From Bacteroidota bacterium (GTDB lineage: Bacteria > Bacteroidota > Bacteroidia > JABDFU01): DNA of 64,000 bases. The stretch spans positions 9,712 to 73,711 of the forward strand of contig JABDFG010000005.1 of assembly GCA_013286655.1 (NCBI GenBank), given 5' to 3'. The notes below the pieces were generated by a model. The model did not search any database, was not told the origin of the DNA, and saw nothing but the letters and a program-made list of their open reading frames with translations. Within the stretch, counting starts at the first letter, position 1, and every line of letters starts with the position of its first letter. Made by a program: the position numbers and the translations under genes. This document shows, piece by piece, positions 20,601-28,302 of the stretch.

Positions 20601-20987
20601 ATTGTAAGAATTTACATGCGTTACGCCATTGGGGCAGTGCGGGTAATAATAATTGCGATACCCTTCTACTTTATCGGATGTTTCCGTTTGTATTTGCTCA
20701 TTGCATCCTTCAAAATCGACATCTACCCGATGGTACCGGATGAGTTCTGATCCCACAAGATTGCTCAATACATAACTGACCCCCGTTTTTCTCAAATACA
20801 CATCCACACCTGCTCCATCCCCTTTGTACAGGATGTCGGGTCTTACATGCTTTTGATTGTCTGTTACCTGACCCTTGTTTTCGGTAAACGTAATTCCATT
20901 GCCGCGTAAGGAGGGCGCAGTTTTCTGGGCATCCGCTCTAATACAGGTTAAACTTGCAGCGATACTGAAAACATAAATTTTTTTCAT
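17697..20987 (-). CDS. Secreted SBBP-repeat / SprB-repeat / PKD protein with T9SS type B CTD (paralog P3)
   Basis: 1096 aa with a signal peptide. SBBP-type repeats (DAFLLKLDSAGVLQWATYYGG; DAFVFKFSPGGGPVWGTYFG), and an SprB repeat (VTCIGDSNGTATVSV...YSWSPGG). It also has a PKD-like domain (WLWNFGD) and the C-terminus VPNVFSPNGDGYNDTF...YDRWG. Confidence 0.85.
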   Translation of the reverse strand: MKKIYVFSIAASLTCIRADAQKTAPSLRGNGITFTENKGQVTDNQKHVRPDILYKGDGAGVDVYLRKTGVSYVLSNLVGSELIRYHRVDVDFEGCNEQIQTETSDKVEGYRNYYYPHCPNGVTHVNSYNEVLVKNIYKNTDVRYYGKKESGLEYDILVNPGGDPSAIQLKYSGAKRIGLKDNKLLIETSLEPLGEYIPKVYQQINGQRLEVSASYAINYPMEPGSAKGTQAIVSFNVGSYNPDYTLVIDPWVTYFGGSKMDEGVSVTTDSLGNSIFTGATASLDFPATSGAFQTVNKAGSVCAYFLSGVGSDAYVAKMSAGGNLDWATFFGGTGGEGGSGVACDVNSNILVAGITTSKDLPVQLKSGSGFTVQQSKYGGGADDAFLLKLDSAGVLQWATYYGGALDDLGLDVATDRGGNAYLYGSTTSTNAIASFGAFQGSLKGVGTPNTFVTKFLPGGSLGWGTYLGGSGSSGEIPGGIACDKAGNVYVAGTTSSSDFPATPQAYRSTYVGGAFDAFVFKFSPGGGPVWGTYFGSTSTDEANALAIDSRCNVYIDGRTNGTSGIATSGAFQTAFIPGSGHFGAYIEKFDSSGHTRKWGTYVSGNATVAMPGYGDIETTGLACDKNDNVLIAGDTYYTDLPVTSCAFQTTFAGTEDQFFGTFDSTGTNLCLGYLGKGNSSSPNNETALLGSGGYGGCIAVYGCYLYLSASTACDYPVTPGAFQSVCKTTSPNETGAFAQLYINSCGGLTKPSLNFTAASASLCKGQSTNFTPSSLVSTCSSTQRPNYSWTFKGGTPGISSNPNPVIKYDSTGSFDVNLIVQTSCWTDTLLLPAYVKVTVPSLNFSHSDVTCIGDSNGTATVSVNGNPPYTYSWSPGGSTNDPITGTKAGTYKVTVSDSKGCQSSDSVKIGTTQTTPLIAGFTSNPSGSISANTSVQFTNTSSGAISWLWNFGDPSSGLKDSSSQQNPSHLFDGVEKYCVLLIVKDSLSCSNSVSQCLEATEISIFVPNVFSPNGDGYNDTFQFTAKGIQSLTYDIYDRWGLLLFKGDAVNAAWNGRTQSGSMVPDGTYYYVYKAESYTSKAYNGSGFVQLLVGNNK

Positions 20988-21014
20988 GCCTGTAGTTTTA
21001 ATTGGATTAAAGTC

Positions 21015-21053
21015 AAACTAAAATCCCCATCCATCCCAGTCTGACGGATGGGG
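21015..21053 (-). terminator. Probable terminator downstream of the 293-aa T9SS cargo gene
   Basis: 8-bp stem CCCCATCC (21025-21032) / GGATGGGG (21046-21053). On the minus strand it is followed by ATTTTAGTTT. Confidence 0.5.
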
Positions 21054-21061
21054 ATAATGAA

Positions 21062-21943
21062 TCATTTTTGGATCAAAAGCTTTTGAGTATTGCTCACATT
21101 TATTCCGGCCAGCTTTACAACATAAAGACCATTGCTGAGAAATGATAAGTCAACGTGCTGAGGATCCTCTAAAAAGCTGTGATAAGCCTCCTTACCACAA
21201 ACATCGTATACCATTAATTCGTATTTGCCCATCACACCGGCATAAACCATACCGGTGCTGGGGTTGGGGAACAGTAATCCGGCACCTGATGTCCTGGTCA
21301 TTGTTGCTATCCCTGAAGGAGTCCGATAACATACCGTTATCCGGATAGCATTGATATACACCGTCGCTTTATTTCCTGCTACATAAAAGCTTGCTCCGAA
21401 AGTCGGGTCGTTAATATCAGCCGGCAACCAATTTACGCCCCACAAACTATCGCAGGTATTACCGGTACTGACGGTATCATCAGTGGTTGAGGTGGTAGGC
21501 CATTGTTGAAGAGGAATGGCTTTCTGAAGCGCAGAAGTCCGGTAATCCAGGATCACATTATGTTTTACCATATTGATATAACCTGAAACGCCTGCCGTTC
21601 CATACAATTTGCAATGTCCTATTACCTGAACTGTAACACCCTGGATTATGGCATCATTTTGAATGGCAAATCCAAAACCCAAAGCCTTTAAAGAATCCGA
21701 ATAATTAGATCCATTAGGACCCAACGTATAAACAGGAATACTGTCAAATGCATACTTGTTATCCAGCGCTTCCGCATTCATAGGATTAGTCCATGCATAT
21801 CTTTTTCCACCGCTTCCTGTTTTATCCGAAACAGACGAGGGGTAATTAGGCCCCGTTATCTGACCATGTATATGAGAAGAATAAAGAAATCCTCCTATTA
21901 CAGCAAGTCCTGTTGCGAGAAAATTTTGTATTGTTTTTTTCAT
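21062..21943 (-). CDS. Small secreted protein with T9SS type A (Por_Secre_tail) C-terminal domain; function unknown
   Basis: 293 aa. Signal peptide, and a C-terminal roughly 75 aa of the form LFPNPSTGMVY...YELMVYDVCGKE...GLYVVKL...QKLLIQK. Confidence 0.75.
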   Translation of the reverse strand: MKKTIQNFLATGLAVIGGFLYSSHIHGQITGPNYPSSVSDKTGSGGKRYAWTNPMNAEALDNKYAFDSIPVYTLGPNGSNYSDSLKALGFGFAIQNDAIIQGVTVQVIGHCKLYGTAGVSGYINMVKHNVILDYRTSALQKAIPLQQWPTTSTTDDTVSTGNTCDSLWGVNWLPADINDPTFGASFYVAGNKATVYINAIRITVCYRTPSGIATMTRTSGAGLLFPNPSTGMVYAGVMGKYELMVYDVCGKEAYHSFLEDPQHVDLSFLSNGLYVVKLAGINVSNTQKLLIQK

Positions 21944-21972
21944 TTTGTTTATTTTTAGTTAATTTATTTTGT

Positions 21973-22026
21973 TTTTTTTCAGTTAACTAAATTTACAACT
22001 TTTTTTCAGTTAACTAAATTTACAAC
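21973..22026. repeat. Perfect 27-nt tandem duplication (TTTTTTTCAGTTAACTAAATTTACAAC x2) in the 5' region of the 293-aa cargo gene
   Basis: Copies at 21973-21999 and 22000-22026 are identical when read directly. Each contains the 8-bp palindrome AGTTAACT. Confidence 0.9.
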
Positions 22027-22051
22027 GACCAAAAAGGAATCACAAACAATA

Positions 22052-22074
22052 ATTTGTTCAATATTGGTTTTCTA
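22052..22074 (-). promoter_or_regulatory. Conserved upstream motif copy A (ATTTGTTCAATATTGGTTTTCTA on + strand)
   Basis: Matches 25264-25286 at 20 of 23 positions. It lies 109 nt upstream of the 21943 start, or 82 nt if the 27-nt duplication is discounted. A shorter copy, ATTGGTTTTCTA, is at 22161-22172. Confidence 0.45.
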
Positions 22075-22217
22075 AAAATATGGAATACGCGCGTGGAGGC
22101 ATTTAATACACTAAAAAATTAGGTAATAATGCTACTTAATTGCCCACAAAAATTAATGAAATTGGTTTTCTATTATGTTCTTTTTATTCAAAAAAAGAGC
22201 GAATGTCTGTTTTGATT

Positions 22218-25179
22218 CTATTTTACGACTATTAATTTCCCATTCGAAACGGTGTTACCCGTTTGAAGTCTATAGAAATAAATTCCTCCTGCTATTCCTT
22301 CCGCATCAAAATTCACTGAATGACTTCCCGCATATTGTTCGGCATTTACGAGTGTTGTAATTTCCTTTCCGGTGATGTCATAAATGACCATTCTAACAAT
22401 ATCCCCATTGGACCCATTGGACAAAGTATAGTTGATCGTTGTTTTACCGGTAAACGGATTTGGGTATACAAGAACCTTGTTTGTATTGGCAGCTGGCTCG
22501 TTTATACCTGTTGTTGCCATTGAATCAAATTCAAATTCAAACGCATTGATCCTGGCTCCAACAAGAGCCGTTTTTGATTTGGGAATGAATTCCAAAAGCA
22601 TGTGACAATTCGTCACCCTGGTTTTGAATGTCTGATCATATGCCTTTTGGACCCCACCCGCTGCTGCAACAATGTCAAAATTTTTCAAAACAGTATCGCC
22701 ATTAATTGCCACATCCATTTTAACGGAATCGCTCGTTGCATTGTAATTTGCAAATTTCAATGTTACATTGTATGGGCTATTGGCGGTGGGTAAATCATAC
22801 CTGAAAGTTCCATTCTGATACCTGTAAATAAACCTTGAACTTTGGTACAGGCTCTCCTGCCCATTCAGCACACCCGTTACCGTATTAGTAGAAGCATAGG
22901 CAGTTGAAGTGTCGGAATAATTGTAATCAGCAGCCCAAACATGGCCTAATGCGTCTGTAATTTGAGCCCCCCCACAATTCATACGGACCGGAGGAATCTC
23001 CTTTAAAACTTTTATTGTAACGGTATCTGAAATGGAAGGAAACAAAATGCTCGTGGCTTTTATTACGACATTCACATCAGAAGAAATTGTATCGCAAGGA
23101 GCCCTGTATAATCCATGCGCGTCAATGGATCCAATACCAGGGCTTATAGACCAGGTGACACTGTCACTCGTAAACATTCCGACTGCATAAAATTGTCGTT
23201 GATTGCCAAGATTTACTATGTTAGCGGTACGTGGTGAAACGGCAATTGCCGGTGTTCCGGGATCAGGCTCAATTTCCAAAGCCGAAATTTCCACGTCCGG
23301 ATAATTAGAATGGACTGGCCGTAGCACGAAAGACAGTTGCCCGTTTACAACTTTTGCGGGCAATTGAAGGTCGAGCGGTGTCCACATACCCCCCCGCAGC
23401 TGTGTATATGTCCAGGTTAGTATAAATTACTTTGCCCTGGCTTTCCACGTCCATAACCTGAGCTCCCTGACCAAAACCACCGTCGGCGAATTTCGCTGTT
23501 ATGCGGTAGTTCCCATTGGGAACTGTAAAATCCCAACGGGTATCTCTAGTACTATAGAACCCGCGGTTATAGAGCTTAATATCGGGTGTTGCCGGCCATG
23601 GACCTTGATAGAAATAGGGAGAGCCACCATCCGCCAAACTGGCAGTGGACCATACCTGACCGTGAGTATCCGTATAATCGGATGTCTGGCCCGGAGCAAT
23701 CCGGATGGTACCCGAAGGCAGGATCATCAGTGTCATTTGCGCATAAACACTTGGATCAGCCACGCTTGTTGCTGTAACGGTTGCTGTCTGAACGGAACTG
23801 ACAGCAGTGGGTGGGGTATACATACCTGTTGATGTTAACGTCCCCAATCCTGATGTCGGATTTATTGTCCAGTTTATATTTTTGTTACTTGCCCCGTTTA
23901 CCCATCCGATAAGCTGAGAGGGAGATGTGGCTGGCCCTGCCTGAATATTTCTTTGAATTTCCGCAAGTCCCACCGTCACCCCGGTAAGGACAACTCTTTG
24001 CTGGGAACTCAGGGTTTTGTTTGTAGTACTTGTAGCAATGACCGTTTCCGCTCCTATTTTTGTATCACCTGAATTGGCTGTTATCATTAAGCCCGATTCA
24101 TCGACGGCTTCTAAGTCTCCTCCGGTTACTTTTCTGATTTCAAGAAAAGCATTTTTTACTGCCGGAGGAACAAAAGCTCCATCCGTAACTATTTCATAGT
24201 CATTTCCCCCATCTGCCACGATTGCTCCATAATCCTTCAGCTGCATCAGTATAACTTTGGCGATCGCTGAATATCCACTTGTATCAAAGCTCGATTTTAA
24301 CCGGAACCTGGCCCCATAAGGTATTAATCCTGATTCACTAAAGGCCTCCAGAGTGGCGGGCCAGATATGTTTAGCTGCTAAATGGGCATTTGTCATGGTC
24401 ATTCTTAACGCATGTTTAACAGATCCTCCTGTTGCTGCTGCTATTAAAAGCTCCTGCATGTGCAGACTTAAGGGTAAAAAAACCATGCCTGCAGCATCTG
24501 TTGATCCATTCGCCGGCAAATCGTAGCTTGATCCTGAATATTTCCAGCCTGCGGCAGAATTACAGGGAAGACAGGGAATCCAAGTATTGGTGCCAACAGG
24601 GTATAAATTATACGTTTCATAAAAAGTAGAAGAAGAGTGATCGATCGATAAAAGATGCCTGTCGACACCGGCATTGGGTGGAATAAACCAACCACCTTCT
24701 ATGTTTACATCGGGATACGGAGGCATTTGAAAAGAATCATCACTTAAAGGGGTAGTATAAAAATGCATCCATTCTTTGGGCGTACTCGCGTCCGTATTGT
24801 TATACAGAAGCCCATCTCCGGCAATGAACTGCAATTGCCCTGTGGGATTTTGTGCGATCCAACTTGTGCTGCTGGCATTTACCGGTAAGGTGTCTATTTT
24901 AGTATTGTAAATATGGTTATTGGGTAAAACCTGGCATGCTCCATGGGATTGCTTTGCAACAACCTTCGTAGGTGCCTGATAGAGGCCTGTACTTGCATTA
25001 ATAGTACCCTTGCTTCCGGGGGCCATGGACCAGGTTACGCCCGTATTAGCCGTAAATGTAAATGTACTGCCCTGATTCACTGCAGGAGGGACTGCCGGAC
25101 TTATTATTACCTGACTTTGCGCATTTAAACTTACAACTGCACCCGGCAGAAGCAAACTAAAAAGTACTATTTTTTTCAT
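22218..25179 (-). pseudogene. Frameshifted gene for a large secreted protein: signal peptide, Ig-like regions, conserved uncharacterised catalytic-like core, two malectin-like domains, T9SS type A CTD
   Basis: ORFs 23305-25179 (624 aa) and 22218-23387 (389 aa) overlap in different frames. Removing one G from the G7 run (C7 on + strand, 23389-23395) fuses them as ...NLDIYTAAGG|MWTPLDLQLPAKVVNGQLSFVL. That junction aligns with the intact second malectin-like domain (...NFDIVAAAGGVQKAYDQTFKTRVTNCHMLLEF). The C-terminus is VLVYPNPFTGKTTINYTL...GIYFYRLQTG...KLIVVK. Confidence 0.8.
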
Positions 25180-25263
25180 GATTTTAGAATTTATCCTGCG
25201 TTTGAGCTCTACTTGAGCCTTTATAATGAAGTTAAATCAGTTTATACCCGATTGCAAATAAAA

Positions 25264-25286
25264 ATTTGCTCAAGATTGGTTTTCCA
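25264..25286 (-). promoter_or_regulatory. Conserved upstream motif copy B (ATTTGCTCAAGATTGGTTTTCCA on + strand)
   Basis: Lies 85 nt upstream of the ATG at 25179. It is homologous to 22052-22074, and the flanking A-rich sequence (CAAATAAAAATTTG vs CAAACAATAATTTG) is also similar. Confidence 0.45.
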
Positions 25287-25332
25287 GAATTAACCGGGAA
25301 GATTTTAAAAATGCTTTTACGCAACTTTTGAA

Positions 25333-26049
25333 TCAGATCAGATCGAAAAGATTCTGCACACCCAGGTGGCGTTCTACGGTAAATCCCTCTGCGTAATTGA
25401 CGCCGATCGTACGGCCGAAATCAATCATCCGGGCATGAAGGCTTTCCAAAAATAATTGAGAGGAGATGGGCGTGTTGGGTTCTTTTGAACCGGGATTATA
25501 GAATTGAGAGGTAAATGCCAAAATGGCCTGCATCTTTTTTTTCACAAAGGGACTTACATCTATCACAAAATCGGGCTCTATGTAACGGTCCTGTATGGAA
25601 TGGTAGACTGCTTTCGGACGCCAGGCCTCTTGCCTTTTTCCATTGAGTGTACTGGTTATCTTCCGAAGTCCTGAATAAAAACAAGCTTCTGAAACGAGCT
25701 GGGCGGCCCTTCCATGATCGGGATGGCGGTCGCGAATGGCATTGCATAAAATTATTTCAGGCCGGTACTGCCTGATTTTTTTTATGATCGCTACCTGATG
25801 TTCACTGTCGTTCCGGAATGCTCCGTCTTTCATTCCGAGGTTATCGCGAAATGCAACTCCTATAATTTTTGCGGCCTTGGCTGCTTCTTTCTTACGCAAT
25901 TCGGCTGTTCCCCGTGTACCTAGTTCTCCCGCTGTAAGGTCGAGCATTCCAACGACCTTGCCTAGTGCAATGTGTTTTAACAGTGTGCCGGAACACATTA
26001 GTTCGATATCGTCGGGATGAGCCCCTATGGCAAGAATATCGACTTTCAT
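25333..26049 (-). CDS. bshB1: Bacillithiol biosynthesis deacetylase BshB1 (PIG-L/LmbE family)
   Basis: MKVDILAIGAHPDDIELMCSGTLLKH...LDLTAGELGTRG is the BshB1 signature. The start is taken at the internal ATG 26049, whereas the ORF track extends to 26088. Confidence 0.85.
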   Translation of the reverse strand: MKVDILAIGAHPDDIELMCSGTLLKHIALGKVVGMLDLTAGELGTRGTAELRKKEAAKAAKIIGVAFRDNLGMKDGAFRNDSEHQVAIIKKIRQYRPEIILCNAIRDRHPDHGRAAQLVSEACFYSGLRKITSTLNGKRQEAWRPKAVYHSIQDRYIEPDFVIDVSPFVKKKMQAILAFTSQFYNPGSKEPNTPISSQLFLESLHARMIDFGRTIGVNYAEGFTVERHLGVQNLFDLI

Positions 26050-26053
26050 GGGA

Positions 26054-26611
26054 TTATTTTGATTCAATCCACTTAATGATCGTATCACTCATAGGGGATT
26101 CTTTGGGTGCTATCGTGCCGATCCATTTCCCATTTTCATCGATCATGAATTTTTGAAAGTTCCACTTGACCTCGGCATCAGCTACTCCATTTTGTTCTTT
26201 TTTTGTAAGCCACTGGTAGATCGGATCGATGTCTTCTCCTTTGACCGATATTTTCGACATCATCGGAAAGGTGACGCCGTAGTTTTTAGTACAGAATTCA
26301 GTGATTTCCTGGTTGGTTCCCGGTTCCTGCTTGCCAAAATTATTGGCCGGAAAACCGATGATGATAAAATTTTTGCTTTTGTATTTTTCATATAATTTCT
26401 CCAGGTCTGCATATTGAGGGGTATTGCCGCACTTGGAAGCGGTATTAACGACCAGTACTTTTTTGCCTTTTAGCTGATTCAGATTAAAGGCTTTGCCGTC
26501 AATGGAGCTTACCTTAAAATCATAGAATGATTTTTGGGAGGGTGCTTGCGAAAAAGCACTGCTGATGATTACTAATAATGCACTGATCAATCGTATGTGT
26601 TTCATAATCAT
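26054..26611 (-). CDS. Glutathione peroxidase-family thiol peroxidase with signal peptide
   Basis: VLVVNTASKCGNTPQY..LE.LY..Y....F.IIGFPANNFG.QEPG is the Gpx signature, with a Cys active site. The start is taken at MIMKHIRLIS (26611 or 26605), which avoids overlap with ccmB. Confidence 0.85.
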   Translation of the reverse strand: MIMKHIRLISALLVIISSAFSQAPSQKSFYDFKVSSIDGKAFNLNQLKGKKVLVVNTASKCGNTPQYADLEKLYEKYKSKNFIIIGFPANNFGKQEPGTNQEITEFCTKNYGVTFPMMSKISVKGEDIDPIYQWLTKKEQNGVADAEVKWNFQKFMIDENGKWIGTIAPKESPMSDTIIKWIESK

Positions 26612-26666
26612 TGTTTTTAAATTTTCATAAAGATAGGGATAATAGATTGTATCTTTATACCGGCAA

Positions 26667-27326
26667 ATGCTGATAAAAGAACTTAAAGCCCTGCTGGCAA
26701 AGGAAGTAAAACTTGAATTCAGGAATAAGTATGCTTTCAATGGCATTTTATTGTATGTTGCTTCTACCGTTTTTGTAAGTTACCTGTCTTTTCAGAAAAT
26801 TGTTGATCCTCCAACCTGGAACGCTTTGTTCTGGATCATTCTATTATTTGCGGCAATTAATACGGTGTCTAAAAGTTTTATACAGGAAAGTAAGGGTCTC
26901 TTATTGTATTATTATACGCTTGCGGGACCTCAGGCCATTATTCTTTCAAAAATAATTTACAATGCCTTGCTCCTGGTCTTTATTTCTTTTGTCTGTTATG
27001 CCTGTTACTCTTTGTTTATCGGAAATATTGTTCAGAACCAAGTGCTTTTTATGGCTTCTCTGGCCCTGGGAAGTATTGGTATCTCTTCCGTTCTGACGCT
27101 GGTTTCTGCCATTGCTGCAAAAACCAATAACAACCTCAGCTTGATGGCTGTTTTAAGTTTTCCAATTATGATGCCTTTGCTGATTACTTTAATAAAGGTT
27201 TCCAAGTATGCAGTGGATGGGGTTTCGCTTTCTGTTACCTATAAATACCTGCTGGTTTTGAGCTTGTTAGATCTGATTGTACTGACTCTTTCTTACTTGT
27301 TATTTCCGTACCTTTGGAGGGATTAA
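26667..27326 (+). CDS. ccmB: Heme exporter permease CcmB
   Basis: 219 aa, 6 TM, first gene of a ccm cluster. The N-terminus LLAKEVKLEFRNKYAFNGILLY is like Bacteroidota CcmB. Confidence 0.75.
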   Translation: MLIKELKALLAKEVKLEFRNKYAFNGILLYVASTVFVSYLSFQKIVDPPTWNALFWIILLFAAINTVSKSFIQESKGLLLYYYTLAGPQAIILSKIIYNALLLVFISFVCYACYSLFIGNIVQNQVLFMASLALGSIGISSVLTLVSAIAAKTNNNLSLMAVLSFPIMMPLLITLIKVSKYAVDGVSLSVTYKYLLVLSLLDLIVLTLSYLLFPYLWRD

Positions 27327-27388
27327 ATAGCGAATAGCGAATAGCGAATAGCGAATAGCGAATAGCGAATAGCGAATAGCGAATAGCG
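27326..27388 (+). repeat. (AATAGCG)x9 perfect heptanucleotide tandem repeat between ccmB and ccmC
   Basis: Nine contiguous identical units, counted directly. The first base is the last base of the ccmB stop codon, and the array ends 18 nt before the ccmC ATG. Confidence 0.95.
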
Positions 27389-27406
27389 AATTGGGAAATT
27401 GAAGAA

Positions 27407-28063
27407 ATGAAAAGATACTGGTGGAAAATAGTTGCTGTTGTGTTTCTCTTTTACACAATTATTATGGGATTTCTTGGCCCTGTTCCTCATCTTCCGGTTT
27501 TGCATGAAACGATCCGGAATTTGTATTTTCATGTGACCATGTGGTTCGGCATGATGATCCTGCTTACTGTCGGCCTTGTTAACAGTATTCTTTACCTTCG
27601 GAAATCCGATCTTAAAAATGATATTCTGGCGGCGGAAGCGACCAATGTTTCTGTATTGCTGGGAACCTTGGGCCTTATTACCGGCTCGATCTGGGCTAAA
27701 TATACCTGGGGGGCCTGGTGGACAAACGACCCGCAGCTGAACGGCGCGGCTATTACCATGCTGGCTTACCTGGCTTATTTGCTGCTTCGCAGTTCGGTTG
27801 AGGAGGAACAAAAAAGGGCCCGAATAGCTGCCGTTTACAATGTTTTTGCTTATGTGATGATGGTTGTGTTTATTGGAATCATTCCTAAGTTTACCAATGT
27901 GGATTCGCTTCATCCCGGCAAGGGCGGGAACCCGGGTTTTAACACCTATGACCTGGATCGGAATCTTCGGCTGGTTTTTTATCCGGCTATTATCGGCTGG
28001 ACTTTATTGGCTACCTGGATTATGACGTTACGGATCCGCCTAAAAAATATTCAAAAATTATAA
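27407..28063 (+). CDS. ccmC: Cytochrome c biogenesis heme-handling protein CcmC
   Basis: 218 aa. Trp-rich motif WAKYTWGAWWTNDPQLNG (WWD-type), plus conserved His residues in flanking loops. Confidence 0.85.
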   Translation: MKRYWWKIVAVVFLFYTIIMGFLGPVPHLPVLHETIRNLYFHVTMWFGMMILLTVGLVNSILYLRKSDLKNDILAAEATNVSVLLGTLGLITGSIWAKYTWGAWWTNDPQLNGAAITMLAYLAYLLLRSSVEEEQKRARIAAVYNVFAYVMMVVFIGIIPKFTNVDSLHPGKGGNPGFNTYDLDRNLRLVFYPAIIGWTLLATWIMTLRIRLKNIQKL

Positions 28064-28070
28064 TTACACG

Positions 28071-28286
28071 ATGAGAAATTATTTGGGGCTGACCGCAATT
28101 ATGATGATGGGACTTAGTGTCTTTGCCCAGGAACAAAATACGGCTGAGATGGCGGATGTCATGCGGAGTAATGGAAAAATATATGTAGTGGTGGCTGTAT
28201 TGCTGGTTATTTTTTCAGGGATCATCCTCTACCTCATCAGCATTGACCGGAAAGTGTCTAAGCTTGAAAAGGAAATTAAAAAATAA
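28071..28286 (+). CDS. ccmD: CcmD-family small membrane protein (Bacteroidota alternative type)
   Basis: 71 aa with a single TM, positioned between ccmC and ccmE. The KIYVVVAVLLVIF..I.LYL...DRK...LE pattern fits this type. Confidence 0.7.
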   Translation: MRNYLGLTAIMMMGLSVFAQEQNTAEMADVMRSNGKIYVVVAVLLVIFSGIILYLISIDRKVSKLEKEIKK

Positions 28287-28302
28287 ATAATACCTGTTTT
28301 CC

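Noticed and set aside
21973-22026. Direct repeats here, and the 7-8 nt arrays elsewhere, as CRISPR arrays
   Set aside because: The units are contiguous with no spacers and are far shorter than CRISPR repeats (or present as only two copies). No cas genes are present in the window.
10715-25179. T9SS cargo island as a mobile genetic element
   Set aside because: No integrase, transposase, tRNA target or flanking direct repeats were seen. It is more likely a lineage-specific expansion by tandem duplication.
27323-27913. 196-aa minus-strand ORF ending in FAIRYSLFAIRYSLFAIRYSL repeats
   Set aside because: It is antisense to the well-supported ccmC gene. Its repeat peptide is simply the translation of the (AATAGCG)9 array, and it has no recognisable domain.
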